From: Laetmonice hystrix | Lineage: Eukaryota | Assembly (NCBI GenBank): GCA_965235115.1 | Contig: OZ249439.1 | Span: 14,508,001-14,572,000, forward strand | DNA length: 64,000 bases | Direction: 5' to 3' | Shown here: positions 29,195-43,532 of the stretch, piece after piece | How the letters are laid out: every line of letters begins with the position of its first letter | How positions within the stretch are numbered: the first letter of the stretch is position 1 | Program-made: the position numbers and the translations under genes | Notes under the pieces: generated by a model | What the model was told of the DNA's origin: nothing | Databases searched by the model: none | Seen by the model: only the letters and a program-made list of their open reading frames with translations

Positions 29195-29266
29195 ATGGGG
29201 GGGAAAATTATGCCGGGCTAACTGAAGGGGGGCACGTGCCCCTTGTGCCCCCTGGATCCGTGCCTG
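29195..29266. mobile_element. 3' end of a MITE related to 3928-4157
   Basis: ggctaactgaaggggggcacgtgccccttgtgccccctggatccgtgcctg aligns by eye with about 4105-4157. Confidence 0.65.
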
Positions 29267-29490
29267 TTTATCGATACCACCTCGAGATGTCGTGACGGAG
29301 GACATAACAAACTTCCAGGAGACTGTCACATCGATCTCTTTATATTTAAATGTCGAATCGATTCCTTGTTCGACTCGCCGGGACCTTCCGTGAACATTAG
29401 ACAGGGAGTAGGTTAGCAGGCGTGTTGGACACTATAGGATACACAACCCGACCACTGTATCGACCATTCGACCCTGAGCCACCTCACCCC

Positions 29491-29870
29491 GGGGTAACAA
29501 TTTCAGATCCCCCCCCCCCCATTCAACGTACTCGCCGGTAATTTGAAACTAGCTTCAAGTTACCCCCTAGTTTCAAATTACCACCTCCATTTTATTTAAT
29601 AATCCTACGCAACCATAAGAAAAGGAGACTGTAGTGCGTACGGATGTGAATTACTTATCATTTTTGGGAAACGTGATCGATCAGAAACTGCAAGCAGAGC
29701 GCGACTCGTCGTTTGACCATCCCTACCATATAGCATAGTCAATAAAGACTGAGGGGCTGCTAAGAAAAAGCCAATTCCTACACATACAATTATAATTATA
29801 GGGTTTGGGGGGGGGGGGGTAACCTTAAGTTGGATGGGGTACTTCAGATTAACCACGGGGTATGTTGAAG
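29491..29870. repeat. Foldback or Mutator-like remnant with nested inverted repeats
   Basis: Perfect 16-bp IR ggtaatttgaaactag (29537-29552 / 29567-29582); imperfect inverted similarity between about 29521-29566 and 29812-29870. Confidence 0.45.
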
Positions 29871-31246
29871 TTAGTTAGTTAGGAACGGTGGGGGGGGGGG
29901 GGGGGCGCTACATCTAACTTGGTACACCTGTACATACTCATTTTACGTAGATGTATATACCAAACACATCATTAGAAGGAAGCCTGCTGAGTGAGTCTGG
30001 CCTTGAACGTTTATCTACCAAATATATCCACCAGTTGGAGATGTACGTTCGGTTATTGATCCGCGTGGCATCCACTTCATGGGGCTCAGATCACGTGACT
30101 GTCATCTCCACGGATCAATGACTCCGACAGGAGAAGGAGGCGGTAAATAGCGAACGCCCGAATTCTCACTTTCCGCCACATCCATTTAGGCGTCAAGGCG
30201 CGGCCAACAGCCAACAGTTTTTGGCAAGGCATATTGGAATGCGTCAAGTGGGGCCTGATTCATTTCGTAACGTCGTCGTCGACATCTCTATATTACATCC
30301 GGTGCTGTTCGATGTGACTTGCCGTCCCCAGTTTTAGCCCGATAGGCAGAGGGATCGGAAAAAATAGCAGCCATCTTTGGCGTCCGATTCTGCCGCATGA
30401 CCTCTTATCGATATAGCGTCCTTGCACATTTAATCCAATGTTGCACAGAATTAACAGTCTAGAGATGAGAGGATGCTCTCGGGTTTCGACCAGCTAATCA
30501 TGTTTCCACAGAGCGATGGTTTTCAAAGAAAAAAAGAAAACTCCACATACATCACTCTCTGCAGAGATCGATTGAGTAATGTTTGGATGGAAACGAGCCA
30601 CCCAAGCACTGGTTCCGCCTGCTGTTAAATGATTTTTTCAGGGATCTCGAATTGGTAATTATAAATTTCACCGTCCTGTCAACCCAGAAAACGTCTACGA
30701 GATATCGCTAGGGACAGCAGGCGATAAGGGTGATCTGCTTCACACCTTTTAATTAGGGAAAGTTGCAATTTCCTTGGCCCATTCTACACGGGTGTATAAT
30801 CACTCGGGTTTTGCATACTGCATACAGAAATGTTCACGTGTTATGTTGTGAGTGCTTGAAGCATACCAAGCGGAGACAGAAGCCGTCGGGTGTCGGCCTC
30901 CAATGTGATCGGACGGTTCTCCGTTACCAAGACGTTCGCCTTCAGCCTCCTGGCGGAGGGGATGGGAACAGTGAGATTTACAACAACCCACCATGAATAT
31001 TAATAGATGGAGATACAGCTAGTCATATATACATAGTTTATACACAAAGTACATGATATCCATGACCCTGAAGAATCTGTCTAGATACACAATGAGATGT
31101 ATAACAACACATGACACTGATTAACCTCTGCAGGATAATGCAATGATAGACAAAATACAGCGTTGGTAACTCTGGGCCCCTTCGCCCATCCATACGGATC
31201 CATTAGAGGGGTTTTCCAAGTGTGTTTTCTCTGACAGTAGTGGAGA

Positions 31247-31630
31247 TGTACGCCGCTGGCGCCATCTTTAGTATATTTGCTGCTTCCTGCCTTGTGACCT
31301 TACCGGGTCAGATCAGAAATGTAAACTAGGAACAGACTGTGCCGAGCTACCACCCACGAGCATACGCGATCATAGCGGAACAGGAACTGCTGACAGCTAC
31401 GCTCGCAGACGTCATTAGTTGATAAGCAGCCCGCACGATAACTGACGATGTAATGTTTGACCCCGGGCCTGCAAGGATGAGTAAATGAACGACCCTGAGA
31501 GGTTTGCTGATATAATAGTAAACGTTCGTATATATCAAAATGATTCATGTAACAAACGGCTGAGGATTGGGAGAAATAGGATGAAAGTAGTGCCTTTGAA
31601 TATTTGTTTCTCTTAGCCACCGGAACAACA
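31247..31630 (-). mobile_element. Candidate solo LTR
   Basis: TGT...ACA boundaries, 384 bp; flanks gaga/taga (one mismatch). No second copy in the window. Confidence 0.25.
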
Positions 31631-34600
31631 TAGAGACTCAACAACTGCTCTTTACCCCCCCCCCCCCTTCAGTATTAATTTTATCTACTCTCAAAAAGGT
31701 TTTGTAATTGATTCATCATGGCATTTTTAGATTGTAGCTATACCAGGGATGGTAACACATATTACCCTTTATATTTACTCAGTGACCAAAAGGAAAACGC
31801 AACAAACTACTATTATATTCTAGTATGATTAGACTAGTGCGAGTCAGAAATCTCTTTGTAGATATTAACGTTGCCTGCTCCCACTGAACTGGCCATGACC
31901 TCTATTTTTCGTAGATAAGTGATTGCTGGAAATGTGCGAGAATAGGAGCGTATTTCACGGGGATTGCGATCTGAGTTCCAGCACCCGAACCATTTTGCTG
32001 CTCCTACAGTTGGTCCAAATGTACTTAATCATGGCATGCAGCAGCTGCGCAGGTTGATCGAGGCCGATTTTCTCGCTTTGCTTTCTTCGGTGTGTTCAGT
32101 GTGAAAATGGCGTCAAGACCGCCGGTCATATGTGAAGGATTTTAAAGACCAGAGGCCTTTTACATCTTCGTCTAGGGAGCGGGTGCATGGTGTTACAGCA
32201 CAGCAAGGGAGAGTATTGACCTCCAGGGAAGGGGTGCTGTTACAGAACACCAAGGTCGACTATATTGACCCTCATGGTATGGAGACAATCCTACATGGTT
32301 AATTCCCACCTCCATCACCCTGGCTTTCAGCTCGCAAAATATTATCAGTCTTAAGATTCAAAATCTGTTATGGCTCCCCAGAAGAACCATCTGTAGTCAG
32401 AAGCCACACGCCTAGTTTTAATCATAACATTTTGGCGAACTAAATCCCCGGATGAGATCTGCAGGTTCGCAGGATATGGACACCAAACTGTCAATCGTTA
32501 TTTGGTGTTTGGATGGTGAGACTGTGAGTCACTGCGCAGTTCCACATACCGGGAAGATGTTGGCCGATCACAGCAGACAAAAACATTGCAAGGCAAGGTC
32601 ATGGCACGCGCCTACCATCCGGAATCGTTGGGAGATGACACTCCCTCACGTAGGCTCTAAGTGCCCCGCCGATGGCCGGGTTAGTAATGTGTGTAGGGCG
32701 GCCAGAGCGATAATGCCAGCGGTCTCCATCCACCTGAGTGGTCACTGCACGGCCGCTAATACTGACCACGTCTGAGTGGACAGATCATAGAGACGGCCCG
32801 GGTGCGGTCACACCGGCCGTATGTGATATATACTGGGGGACAGTCTACCCCTGTAGTCCGTATGGTGCGCCCAGTATAGTAGTAGATCTATACATGTAGT
32901 ATTCGTTTGGTCTACCATGTTTTGAGGGTAACAATTATTTCGTCATGTTCTGTTGGCGGGTCCCTTGTGGTCGATACGAGACAGTCGTTGGCCCGTTCGT
33001 CCATCAAACCCCGGTGATGCATTCGTATAGAAATAACTAATCTAAAAATGTCAAAATAGCCTGTCTCCGTTAGTAAAAGTAGTTTTCTAGGGAAAGATCG
33101 GGCGGTAATAAAAAATGGTCTTTATCGCCCTGCCGACGGAGTGATCCGGATGTCTATCTGAGGTTTCAGTCCAAATGCATTATTCCAGGTGGGCTAACGT
33201 CAGAGTATATGTGGCACACTAGAACAGATTGGTTGATTCAGTAAATGTCACCTTTCACATGGTATTAAGAATGCCGTCAGTTGTGCAGCCACAAAATAAA
33301 CCCCTCCCTATATCCTACATCAAAAATAGGCCTATATCTGTCATTGTTAATCGTCTATCTCACTGTATCCGATTATTGTGGTTGACCACATCTTCACCGG
33401 TAGTAGCAAAGCACCAGCCCTCGTGCCCGAAATCAGTCCGGCGTACAGGGGTGTACCATTACGCAACAATCGCACACAGAACTCAATTAGCGTGTTGTCA
33501 TTCTATATTAAAATGTTTTACGGCTCTAATTCTGGGAGGACGTATCGTGCACGGTAACCAAATCAGCATTCGGCGCCGAGCCAACGCTGGGGAATACCGT
33601 AATATAACTCACGTTCGCTTACTCCCTGGCAATCAATACAAAGCAAATCATCAATGAAACAACTGAAATTGAACTGTCAGCCAGGCAAGCCTTACTGCCT
33701 GCCATGGTTGGTGTACTGGACGGGCAGATACAGCGGAAAAAAATAAGACGAAGACAGCTGGACATGCGGTTGATTTCATCCTCCCGGAATGAAAAAATCA
33801 CCAAGGGAGCCTGAGGTCTTATCAATTCAATAGTGCCTTGCATTATGGGACATGCCAACCATTTAATGGGAGTCCCGCCCCCTCTATACGTCTTAGCCAT
33901 GTCGATTGGTCGACTGGTCTCCGATATTATACGACCAAGTTGAAAAGTAAAAGGCGGGTAACCAGCGGTAGTTTTACCCCCTACCCTGGCCAGTCCCGCT
34001 CCCAGTCGTAGAAAGTGGTCAGTAGTTGTGGCTGGACAACCAGCAGATGTGATCATTACGTTAATCAATAACCCAGGCAAAAGTAAATGTTGGCAGTGTG
34101 TGCAGGACCGAACACACTGATTGCCAGACCGGAAGTTCTCCGCCTAGGCTAATGTACATGCGCATGGCAATGCCAGCAAATATTACTTCCGGATGGAAGG
34201 ACATTCCGTGGGAGGTTCGCTGATTCCGACAGGACACGATATCGGCACCACATATCTGACTGGTCAAGATCTCCTAGTGTAGTTTTATACAGACCAGAAC
34301 AACTATCATCACATTCTGGTGTAGAATGAAAAAGACCAATTAAAACATATGAATATAACCGTTTTCTCTTGGGTTCTCCTCACTGACTAATGGATTTTCT
34401 ACGCTGACTTAGGGGTCGAAAGTTCTATTACATACGCTGTCTAACTCTTTGTGAGATTAAACAGCACGACTTTCTGGAGACTGTCATGACTTTGTGCCAG
34501 CCTTCTCCATTGGAACACGACTTTATCTTTAATCCCCACCCTGGCGTCCCTCACTATATTCTCGCCCCCCCCCCCCGACTTGAGTTATTCCTGGTGATAT

Positions 34601-37600
34601 AATAATAATAATAACAAACCACTGGAAGGGGCCATAGACTTGCTTCTCCCGTGTCCACAGCATGGAAGGTCCGTTCTTACACAGTCCACTATAGACCCTA
34701 ACGTACAGGAAGGAAGAGGATCTATTTGAATGCTATATCTACTGCGAGTTGTTAATAATGACCGTCATGAGAGCACCTAGTGCGGCCCTACGGAAACCGT
34801 CTGTTGTATGTTGAATGACAAGTCTATTAGGGCGGGGGAGGGGTCACAAACATCTCATCAACGCCTTGAGCCGACTGGCACAGTAACATAATGTTTACAG
34901 CCTGTGCTGCACTATTAGTAGACAGATAAGGACCAAAGAAAAGAAGTCACTCGGATTGGGGCTATGTCTGAATGAAGTGCGCTGCCTAACGCCATTATTG
35001 GGAGCATACGAATGCCAGAGGTGTTGTAGTGTGCGGGGCAATCAACGTTAATGTGTCTCATAAACAGTGATAATTAGTTCAATGCTCTTAATTGTTCTGT
35101 GACTGGCAGGTCAGCAGGAATTAGTATCCAGGCCAGTTCTGTTCATAAATAGCAGGTGCGACTGCCTGGATCATTAAGGGGATTCTTGATGATTGACGAA
35201 GCTCTTGACAAGTTTTCTTTAAGTAACCGTAATGTCAATGTCCAACGTCCGATTAAAGGCCAATCAGACCGATTTACGATTTTGAGATATTCTTTTCGCC
35301 ATAGTTTTCCTACGGAGAAACACCGGCCGTATCTCTAAATCGGCCGTAAATCGCCCTGTGTATCTGGGCCTTGGGTGTTCCGCCGGTCAGGTTATTCGTA
35401 ATCTCAGCTAAAGTTGCCTGTATCGTTTAAAAACCGATGTGTTTTACCATGTTTTTTTTTCGGTTATGGTATGTTGATGATTGCTTCATCTACAAACGCT
35501 TGCTCTGACATTATTGGAGAGCACCAAGATCACTGATGGTGATTCAGGTTGAACTCGGGGTACATTCCCAAGGAAACCTAAAGCTGCAGGACTGGAGCAT
35601 CATATAGAAGGGTGCTGGGCCGGGAGAAAAACCATGATTAATAATATCTGTCACAGCTGATTAACCTGTGGCAATATTTTGTGTGGGGTGTACACGTTTA
35701 TAAAAGCAAGGCTTTGTGGTGCATGACGTTAAAGGTTAAAGAACACTGACTTCTATCTCCAGAGACGCACATCACTTTGTGTAACACGGATGGCGCCACA
35801 AGCCACGCCGTGCTACTTAACATGTAAAGTCTCATCTATTCGGAGCGGCTCCCCCTGTAACCTTTCGACCACTCCTCTATATCAGGCGGTGGTGTGCAGG
35901 TACTGGACTGTTGCCCCCCCCCCCTCCGCCAAGGGACTCTGGGAACATCCCTGGGCAGGGAGCAGGCAATTCGTGCCATTGTAACCTCCGCCTCTGCCCT
36001 ACCCATCCCAACAGATCAGGGCATGCCTCCGCAAACGAGGCACTCATGCTTTCCTAAGTGTCCCAGTGGCCGCCTGAGTGAGCGAGACTGTGACGAGGCA
36101 TGAGCAAGTTTTTGACATCGTTTGTCTAGAGAGGCCACCCCTGAAAGGGCCTTCAGGTCAGAGCAAGACAAATCCATGGAAACAATGTTTGAGTAGAGTT
36201 TGAAGGAATCAACAGTTCATTCAAAGGAATTATTATATATTCTGCCAGGCTAGGACCCGGTTGTCGGCGGTGGCAGAAGACCAGTGTGGGCCTTCGGACA
36301 ACTGCAAGTGATTGCATTTGGGGAGCAGGGGTGTATTCAATACAATAGTGTATCCACCTCAGGGGATATCGGTGACCTAATCAAGATACTACCCGCATAA
36401 TTATCGGCTTGACACTACCAGGGATTCCTCCCGATATCCCGCCGATATGGGATGCGCCGTGACACCCAGGTCATATAATATAATCTACGACGGCTGCTCT
36501 ATTGTGAAACATCACATAGGTGGATACGTAATTTTGTCATATCGACGCTATTCTAATACCAACCACCGCCAGCGTACGTGGTCAATGCAATTGCACGTTG
36601 CCAGGGATAAGCCCTCCCAGCCTCGAAATCCAATGACTGACCACCGCGGAAGGATTTTTCAAATGAGTGCCTGCCTTGATGGCCAATTTATGCTGGCACT
36701 CTGTGCCGGTCCTGACAGTGTCTTTTTCGAACAGCTTGGACCGACTAAAACCTAATCGAGTTAGAGTAACAATATGATGCACCTACTCTGTCTGCTTAAA
36801 ATTGTAATATCATGTTTGCATCTGCACCAATATGTGGTTGCACCATGACCTATCCCGTAACGTATTCACACTGACCTATCCTGTAACGAATTCACACGTT
36901 TATACCACATCAGATCAGATTATAAATGTAAAGCAGTCTTTTATATGCAGAAGGTCAAAAGCGTCCTTAACGGGGTTAAATATATATAATTAAAGATGGT
37001 AATGAGGACAAAGTTTAATCAGATGAAAAACGTAACATCTGGGACTCAACCATTTCATTTTCTTCTTTTAGTCCTTAAAGGCCAACTCCCGGAGGAGACC
37101 AGCCTTGACTGTACATTGCCGTGGTGATTTGCCTTCCACGGTGAATGTACTTGTGGCTGACCTTTGAGATGCGTTTTTCAAGATGACCTTGGCTTTGAGT
37201 TGCTCGGTGGCTGTCACCGAGTGGAGCACACCATTCATCTCTCAGTTTAAGGAGCTGACGGCAGGCCGCCTGGTACCGCTGGTCTCCTCCAAGACACTGA
37301 TGAAAAATCACGAGCAGAAATTGACCGAAGCCTGGATAGGACGACCGCCTGTGACTTGCATTAGAATTATTAAATTACTTATAGCAGTCCGGCGCACGGC
37401 GGGCTTGGCACTGAGCGGCATATGATCCCCATGGTCAGTAAAGGGCGTCCCCTTTCATATATCCACGCTCCATGGCGGCCCACCGCCGCGGGTCAGTGAC
37501 GTATCAGGTAACGCTACGTCAGGTATGGCCATATGGCCTTTAATCCCAGTCAGAGGTCTATTGCTCAAGGCAGTCAGGCTCATGTTGACCACAGCCTGTC

Positions 37601-39991
37601 TGGCCTGCTATACGGGAACCTGACCTCATAAACAGAGGTCTGGGCTCCCGGATAGGAGTCTGGCCTCATACACCACGGTCTGGGCTCACACAAAGGGCTT
37701 AATTTAATACAAAGCGTTGAGTTTCATAAAAGAAAAGTGCTTCTCCTGTCCATGACAAATTTCATAACTAAGCAGTTGGCCCATCTATTTTCCGTATCAG
37801 AACGCGCGCACTCCTTAGATTCTACCCCTTCCCAGAATATGAACCCAAAGTTGATCTATTTACGTTGGACCTTGTTGTATCTTTCCGTAGATCTTATATT
37901 GAAGGCTATATAGCATAGAATCTAGCACATGGAGTCGCCTCTCCAAGGGTATAATTGAGTACGACTCGGTGTGGAAGCAGGGGCCTTCCTATAGAGCTTG
38001 CGGTGACGGCGACGTGATACGCCATTACCCTCGATCTGTGCTCCCCCTGGTGGCCAGGTGGCAGGTGGCTGGCACGTGAACTCGGCTATTTCCGGGAGGA
38101 GTTGCTGTACAGTCGGTGTCCCTCGTGATTACAGTGGTTGCTGGGTGGGATGCCTGTCACCGTGGAAACATGCCAGCGCAGTTTGGTAGGGTACGTACGG
38201 GAGGCAAGGGCTGGGGTGCCTAGAGCCTCCCGCCCGGGCAGCGGCGGCAGGAGGCGGCCAGGAGGGGGGGGGGGGGGCTTACCCACTGTTTACCCTTGGC
38301 CGTCAAATGCCGCCCAGTGCACCGCAATGCCACTACTACCCGCGAGTACCCTGACGTCACTCCGGTCATGACGTCACAAACCACACCGATATGACCTCTA
38401 CTCATTATAAGCATGTTGTTTTTCCATTGAGTAATACGACAAGATATTTTTCTTCCACTTCTTTATTATTGTTCACGTATCTGTTGACAGAAGGGAACTT
38501 TTGAAGAGCCGCTGCAACGTAAAACAAACCGTGGTGGTCTATTATAAGCTCATTACCTCTGGAGGCCTTACAACGAATGCCGCAGCGCCTATATCTTAAA
38601 AATCTGCACAATATATATAACATGCCGGTCACGAGCATCCTAAGGTAGGCATGGCCATGCAGCAGGAAAGGTCGCATTTAGAGTGCGATACCATCCGTTA
38701 CAAAAAGAGAAAAAAGTCGAACAAAGGGCAAACGGCGCGCGGCGGAATAACATGGCTTCTCTCGAAACAGCTGCACGTATATCATCAGTTATCCGGGTAA
38801 ATAAATACGGACCAGTGTACGTCATAGCCTGGGCCCATCTGATACATGGCCCAGATGGCCAGCCTTGGAGGCATTGCTCCAAATGTAGGCACTACTTCCA
38901 GCCCCTTGTTTACTTAGTACACCCACGACTGTACGAGCGATAATATGCCAACACCTCTACCCGTGTTCGTACAAAATACTGACTGAAACCCCACATAGGA
39001 AATACCTTGAAGCCGAGTGTTCACAAAACTCATTCAACCCCTCCTATAATTCTCAACCAGGCATCCGGTCAAATATTATACTTGTAGGCTATTTGGGGCA
39101 CGTAATTGGTATGATACGTTTTGATACAAATTAGAACCCGTTCATCGCTGCCAGATCAATGGCCGGATATATTAGCTAGGAAACCAGTCCAGATGGTGCA
39201 TGGGGTGCCTTCCCTGGTCTTTGACAGCTGATTTATTACTTTGGGAATTCTTTCTATGTCAAACCATTTATAATTATTCTATTAATTACAGCGGGATGAA
39301 GACACTTTAAAAAAATGGTGTCTCATCTTGATTAATGCAACGAGTCACCGCTTTTTGCGATCAATATTTGGATAAATATTGCGATGAGCGGCTTGCGCCG
39401 ACCTGCAGATCGAGATAATCTATATTTAACGGTAACTCGTCGTTCTCTCATTATTCTGTTGTTATCGATTAGCGGCCACCCTGTCCACCACGTAACAGGC
39501 AAAGTCATACTATATCCAATAGATTAACTTCTTCTGGCGCAATTCTAAAACCTCATTTGTTTTCGGAGCGTATGAGGAACAGAGCCGTCTATCGGCAGAG
39601 CGTGTGCAGGCTGTGGCTGGCGATGTTAAACTGTCGGAGTCTGATCCGGGGGTAACGGATCTATTGGAACGCCTGCTCTCTACCTTAGGCCTACATCATG
39701 TCCCGTCCAACATTAGGGAATATGCCGTGAAGTGACGCACGTGCTGGGGCGAACATCACCTGTCCATCAACTGCACGTATCTCATGGGAAATGATACTAT
39801 CCACGTCTGTTACACGTTAATGATAGCACAGCATAAGGTTTATCACTCAGCAGGGGATTTTTTATGGAAGCCAAGCTACCGGGGGTGAAAGATAGAAAGG
39901 ATGCACCACGCTTGTCCGTCTCCAGTTAATAATCTTTCTCTCATGTGTAGGCCGAGAGAACAGACTGCACTCCATGCCGTAAAACGTTAAC

Positions 39992-40110
39992 AGAGAGTGA
40001 GAGAGACAAAGGGAGAGAGGGAAAGAGAGAGAGAGAGAGAGAGAGACAGGGAGAGACAGAGAGAGATAGAGAGAGATATATATATAGAGAGAATAAGAGA
40101 ATCAGAGAGA
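39992..40110. repeat. (GA)n-rich microsatellite
   Basis: Direct reading. Confidence 0.9.
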
Positions 40111-41799
40111 GGGTGTATGTGAGATAGACGCTACACCTTACAAAATGTGTTATGACGTAGGTCAGGGAAGGATAGTAATTACTCATATACCATACCTGTT
40201 GGGATCTATACATCAGTGTTACATGATCCTTACTACCCTCATGCTGAAGATGCACGTGTCTTATTTTTCTCAGCCTCCACACATATCCAGCTCAAGTATA
40301 TACATTCAATCAAGTTTAATTTGCTCAACGAATGAGTGGCAGAAGGACAGGTTGAGCCTGTGTTTGACGATTGGCATTAAAAACTCCCTCACCCATGAAG
40401 TGACAGGGCCAGGTTTCATCTCAAACCCCATCCTCGGTACAGGGTGTACACCTGCATTCCCATCGCCAGCCATGCAATACTTGGGTGTCGTCATGGCAAC
40501 CAACACCCAGCCTTAGCCCCCATGGTAGCCCAATGAACAGCTGGTTGAATAGTGAGAGTGGGCGACGTAAGGCGGGGAGGGCCGGCGGATGTCGATCATC
40601 ACTGCCGGCGGCACCGGCCGACCACCCCGCCCGCTCGCCGGCGGCCCCGGCGGAGGCGCCCTCCACGGCCACGGCGTCCGAACAGCACGTCACGCTCAGA
40701 AACGGACCCCCAAGCCTAATACCGTCTCAGCTCTACCCCAAGCCTCCAAAACGTCTGCCCCGAGTCTACCCCGGCTAGGCATCAGAACACGATTCAACGT
40801 CAGCTGGGATTGCTGTTTGTAACCCTGATTCGGAATGCCAAGTGTAATTCAACTTGCATTCGCCGCAGTTCGTTATAAATTGTTTGGTGCTGCGAGGAAT
40901 ATTTCGGAGTGCCGGCTAATAATATCTGCCCCATATTCCCGTAGTTTGGTATTAGAGACACTAGAATAAATTCCGGTTGGCATTCATTGAAAAACGGCTG
41001 ACTTGGCATGTTTTAGGCAGAGATAACATCAGTGGGACGTTTCAGGCATTGAATAGTTTCAGGCGTTGAACTAATATGGAATAGTTCTGTCCTTTTGTAC
41101 ATGATCATCTAGAATCATCAAGTGTTCATATTGACTACATGTCAGAACCGTGAATAATGTGTATGTAGACTGTTGAGAGAAAACAAAACACGTAAATGGA
41201 GAGAAGTTACCAACATCGACCACCGACACCCTGCTATACGAATAATGCATGGTATATCAGATCTAAGCGTATATTATAACACTTGTTAATGTTTGCTGGA
41301 GACATGGAATCGTTGAGGGAGGTATATTTTTACCCCACCTTGAGCAGAGACACTGGTCACGATATGGATCTCGCGAGGTGAGAGATTGAGGTATGACGTA
41401 CGAGATTCTGAGGTTTGACCTTCACATTCTGCTCGTCTCCCAGTGACCTTCCACGGGAACCGGTGGCTTTATAAACGGGATGGTTAGACGTTTTTAAATG
41501 ACACTTTATCTCACCCGGAGCCCGCTAAATCCGCTTGTAGAGGTCAAGATCTGTCCAAGAGTCCCCTAGGAACCCCCTCCCCGACCATCATGGTGGCTGG
41601 ATCACTCCCCAGTAACCCCCCCCCCCCTCACCCTCACTCCTGACTGAGCCTCAGCGTCTCCCGGATCAACCCCATACCGCCCCCTCACCTCCACCCCCCC
41701 CCCCCGGCCCTCGGTCAGCCATACCCGGACCTGGACATACACAACAAGCGGTGCGGTCAGGGATGAGGCCAAGTGCTGTTGATCGTCCTAAATGACCAC

Positions 41800-42170
41800 T
41801 TCGGTCGGTCGATTACGTATAAATCATTAAGTGAGAACCCTGCGCAAACCTCGGCCCCACCAGTCACCACCGATTGTCGGATCAACGTTCTCTCACGTCA
41901 TCGGCGGGATATCGATCTGTGGGCTTCAACAAACCCGTGGAGAAAGGGGCACGTGGAGAACATCTACCTTTACGATTTAGGTCACGCAAAGAATGGACAA
42001 ACGTGAGTCAGTGGGAGGGCAGTGGTACTGCGCACACCGTAAACATCTGCTAATGGATTGAATTTATACAACACTGCCAAACAGACAAGTTCACACGAGT
42101 TTCATCTTGCAAATATGAATACCCTCGTGGCTTTCATCCGTCAATTGTGTATGCCATCAAACAATGGGAC
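41800..42170 (+). pseudogene. Possible highly decayed AP-endonuclease N-terminus of an RTE-like LINE
   Basis: Hand translation GRLRINH*VRTL...ISICGLQQTR resembles LRIxTWNVRTL...IDIxGLQETR; SIVYA occurs downstream. Several stops and frameshifts. Confidence 0.4.
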
Positions 42171-42711
42171 TCAGCATTAACCAACAAAACACCGATTCGT
42201 TTAGTCCTAAATAATGTACGCACACCTTTGATCATCTCCGGCGTCTGGTCTATTTATAGATATCTTTTGCTATTTTTAGCCGGATCCTGTCCATTGCGTA
42301 TGGAGTAGAACCTTGTGTAAACAGGGCGTTGCACCTACAACTCGGGTCTGTTTGAGTGACACTGAAGTCTTTATAACACGAACTGGGTCTGTCTTCGTTT
42401 ATCTGAACATACCCAGGATCGACCCTGTTCCTTCAGACCTCCCCGACATTCATAGGCTGCGCTGTCGAGAAAGATGTTCTACATATTGTAATGAATATAT
42501 ATTTTGGAGATTGTAGGTACCCTGAAGGCAGTGACGGACATAATCTGTGCGATATAGGACCCATTAATGGGCATTAGTAGGTCTCCCTGCGTCCGTCCTC
42601 GTCCTTACCACTTAAAGTAAAAATACTGCAGGATGACCTTCAAAAACAGTTCTACCCTGTTTTTCTATTTCGGTTAGCTTTGGCCTTTGTTAAGTACTCG
42701 ATGAGAGATGA

Positions 42712-43532
42712 GTTCGTATCTCTGAGTGAGAGTGGAGGTTGTCGTAGTGGGTTCGTATCTCTGAGTGAGAGTGGAGGTTGTCGTAGTGGGTTCGTATCTC
42801 TGAGTGAGAGTGGAGGTTGTCGTAGTGGGTTCGTATCTCTGAGTGAGAGTGGAGGTTGTCGTAGTGGGTTCGTATCTCTGAGTGAGAGTGGAGGTTGTCG
42901 TAGTTGGTTCGTATCTCTGAGTGAGAGTGGAGGTTGTCGTAGTGGGTTCGTATCTCTGAGTGAGAGTGGAGGTTGTCGTAGTGGGTTCGGATCTCTGAGT
43001 GAGAGTGGAGGTTGTCGTAGTGGGTTCGTATCTCTGAGTGAGAGTGGAGGTTGTCGTAGTGGGTTCGTATCTCTGAGTGAGAATGGAGGTTGTCGTAGTG
43101 GGTTCGTATCTCTGAGTGAGAGTGGAGGTTGTCGTAGTGGGTTCGTATCTCTGAGTGAGAGTGGAGGTTGTCGTAGTGGGTTCGTATCTCTGAGTGAGAG
43201 TGGAGGTTGTCGTAGTGGGTTCGTATCTCTGAGTGAGAGTGGAGGTTGTCGTAGTGGGTTCGTATCTCTGAGTGAGAGTGGAGGTTGTCGTAGTGGGTTC
43301 GGATCTCTGAGTGAGAGTGGAGGTTGTCGTAGTGGGTTCGTATCTCTGAGTGAGAGTGGAGGTTGTCGTAGTGGGTTCGTATCTCTGAGTGAGAGTGGAG
43401 GTTGTCGTAGTGGGTTCGTATCTCTGAGTGATAGTGGAGGTTGTCGTAGTGGGTTCGTATCTCTGAGTGAGAGTGGAGGTTGTCGTAGTGGGTTCGTATC
43501 TCTGAGTGAGAGTGGAGGTTGTCGTAGTGGGT
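42712..43532. repeat. Tandem array, 39-bp unit, 21 copies, very homogeneous
   Basis: Unit gggttcgtatctctgagtgagagtggaggttgtcgtagt. Confidence 0.97.

Noticed and set aside
40200-40520. RT-like words (HAEDA, MQYLGV)
   Set aside because: Two weak motifs in different frames with no other RT motifs.
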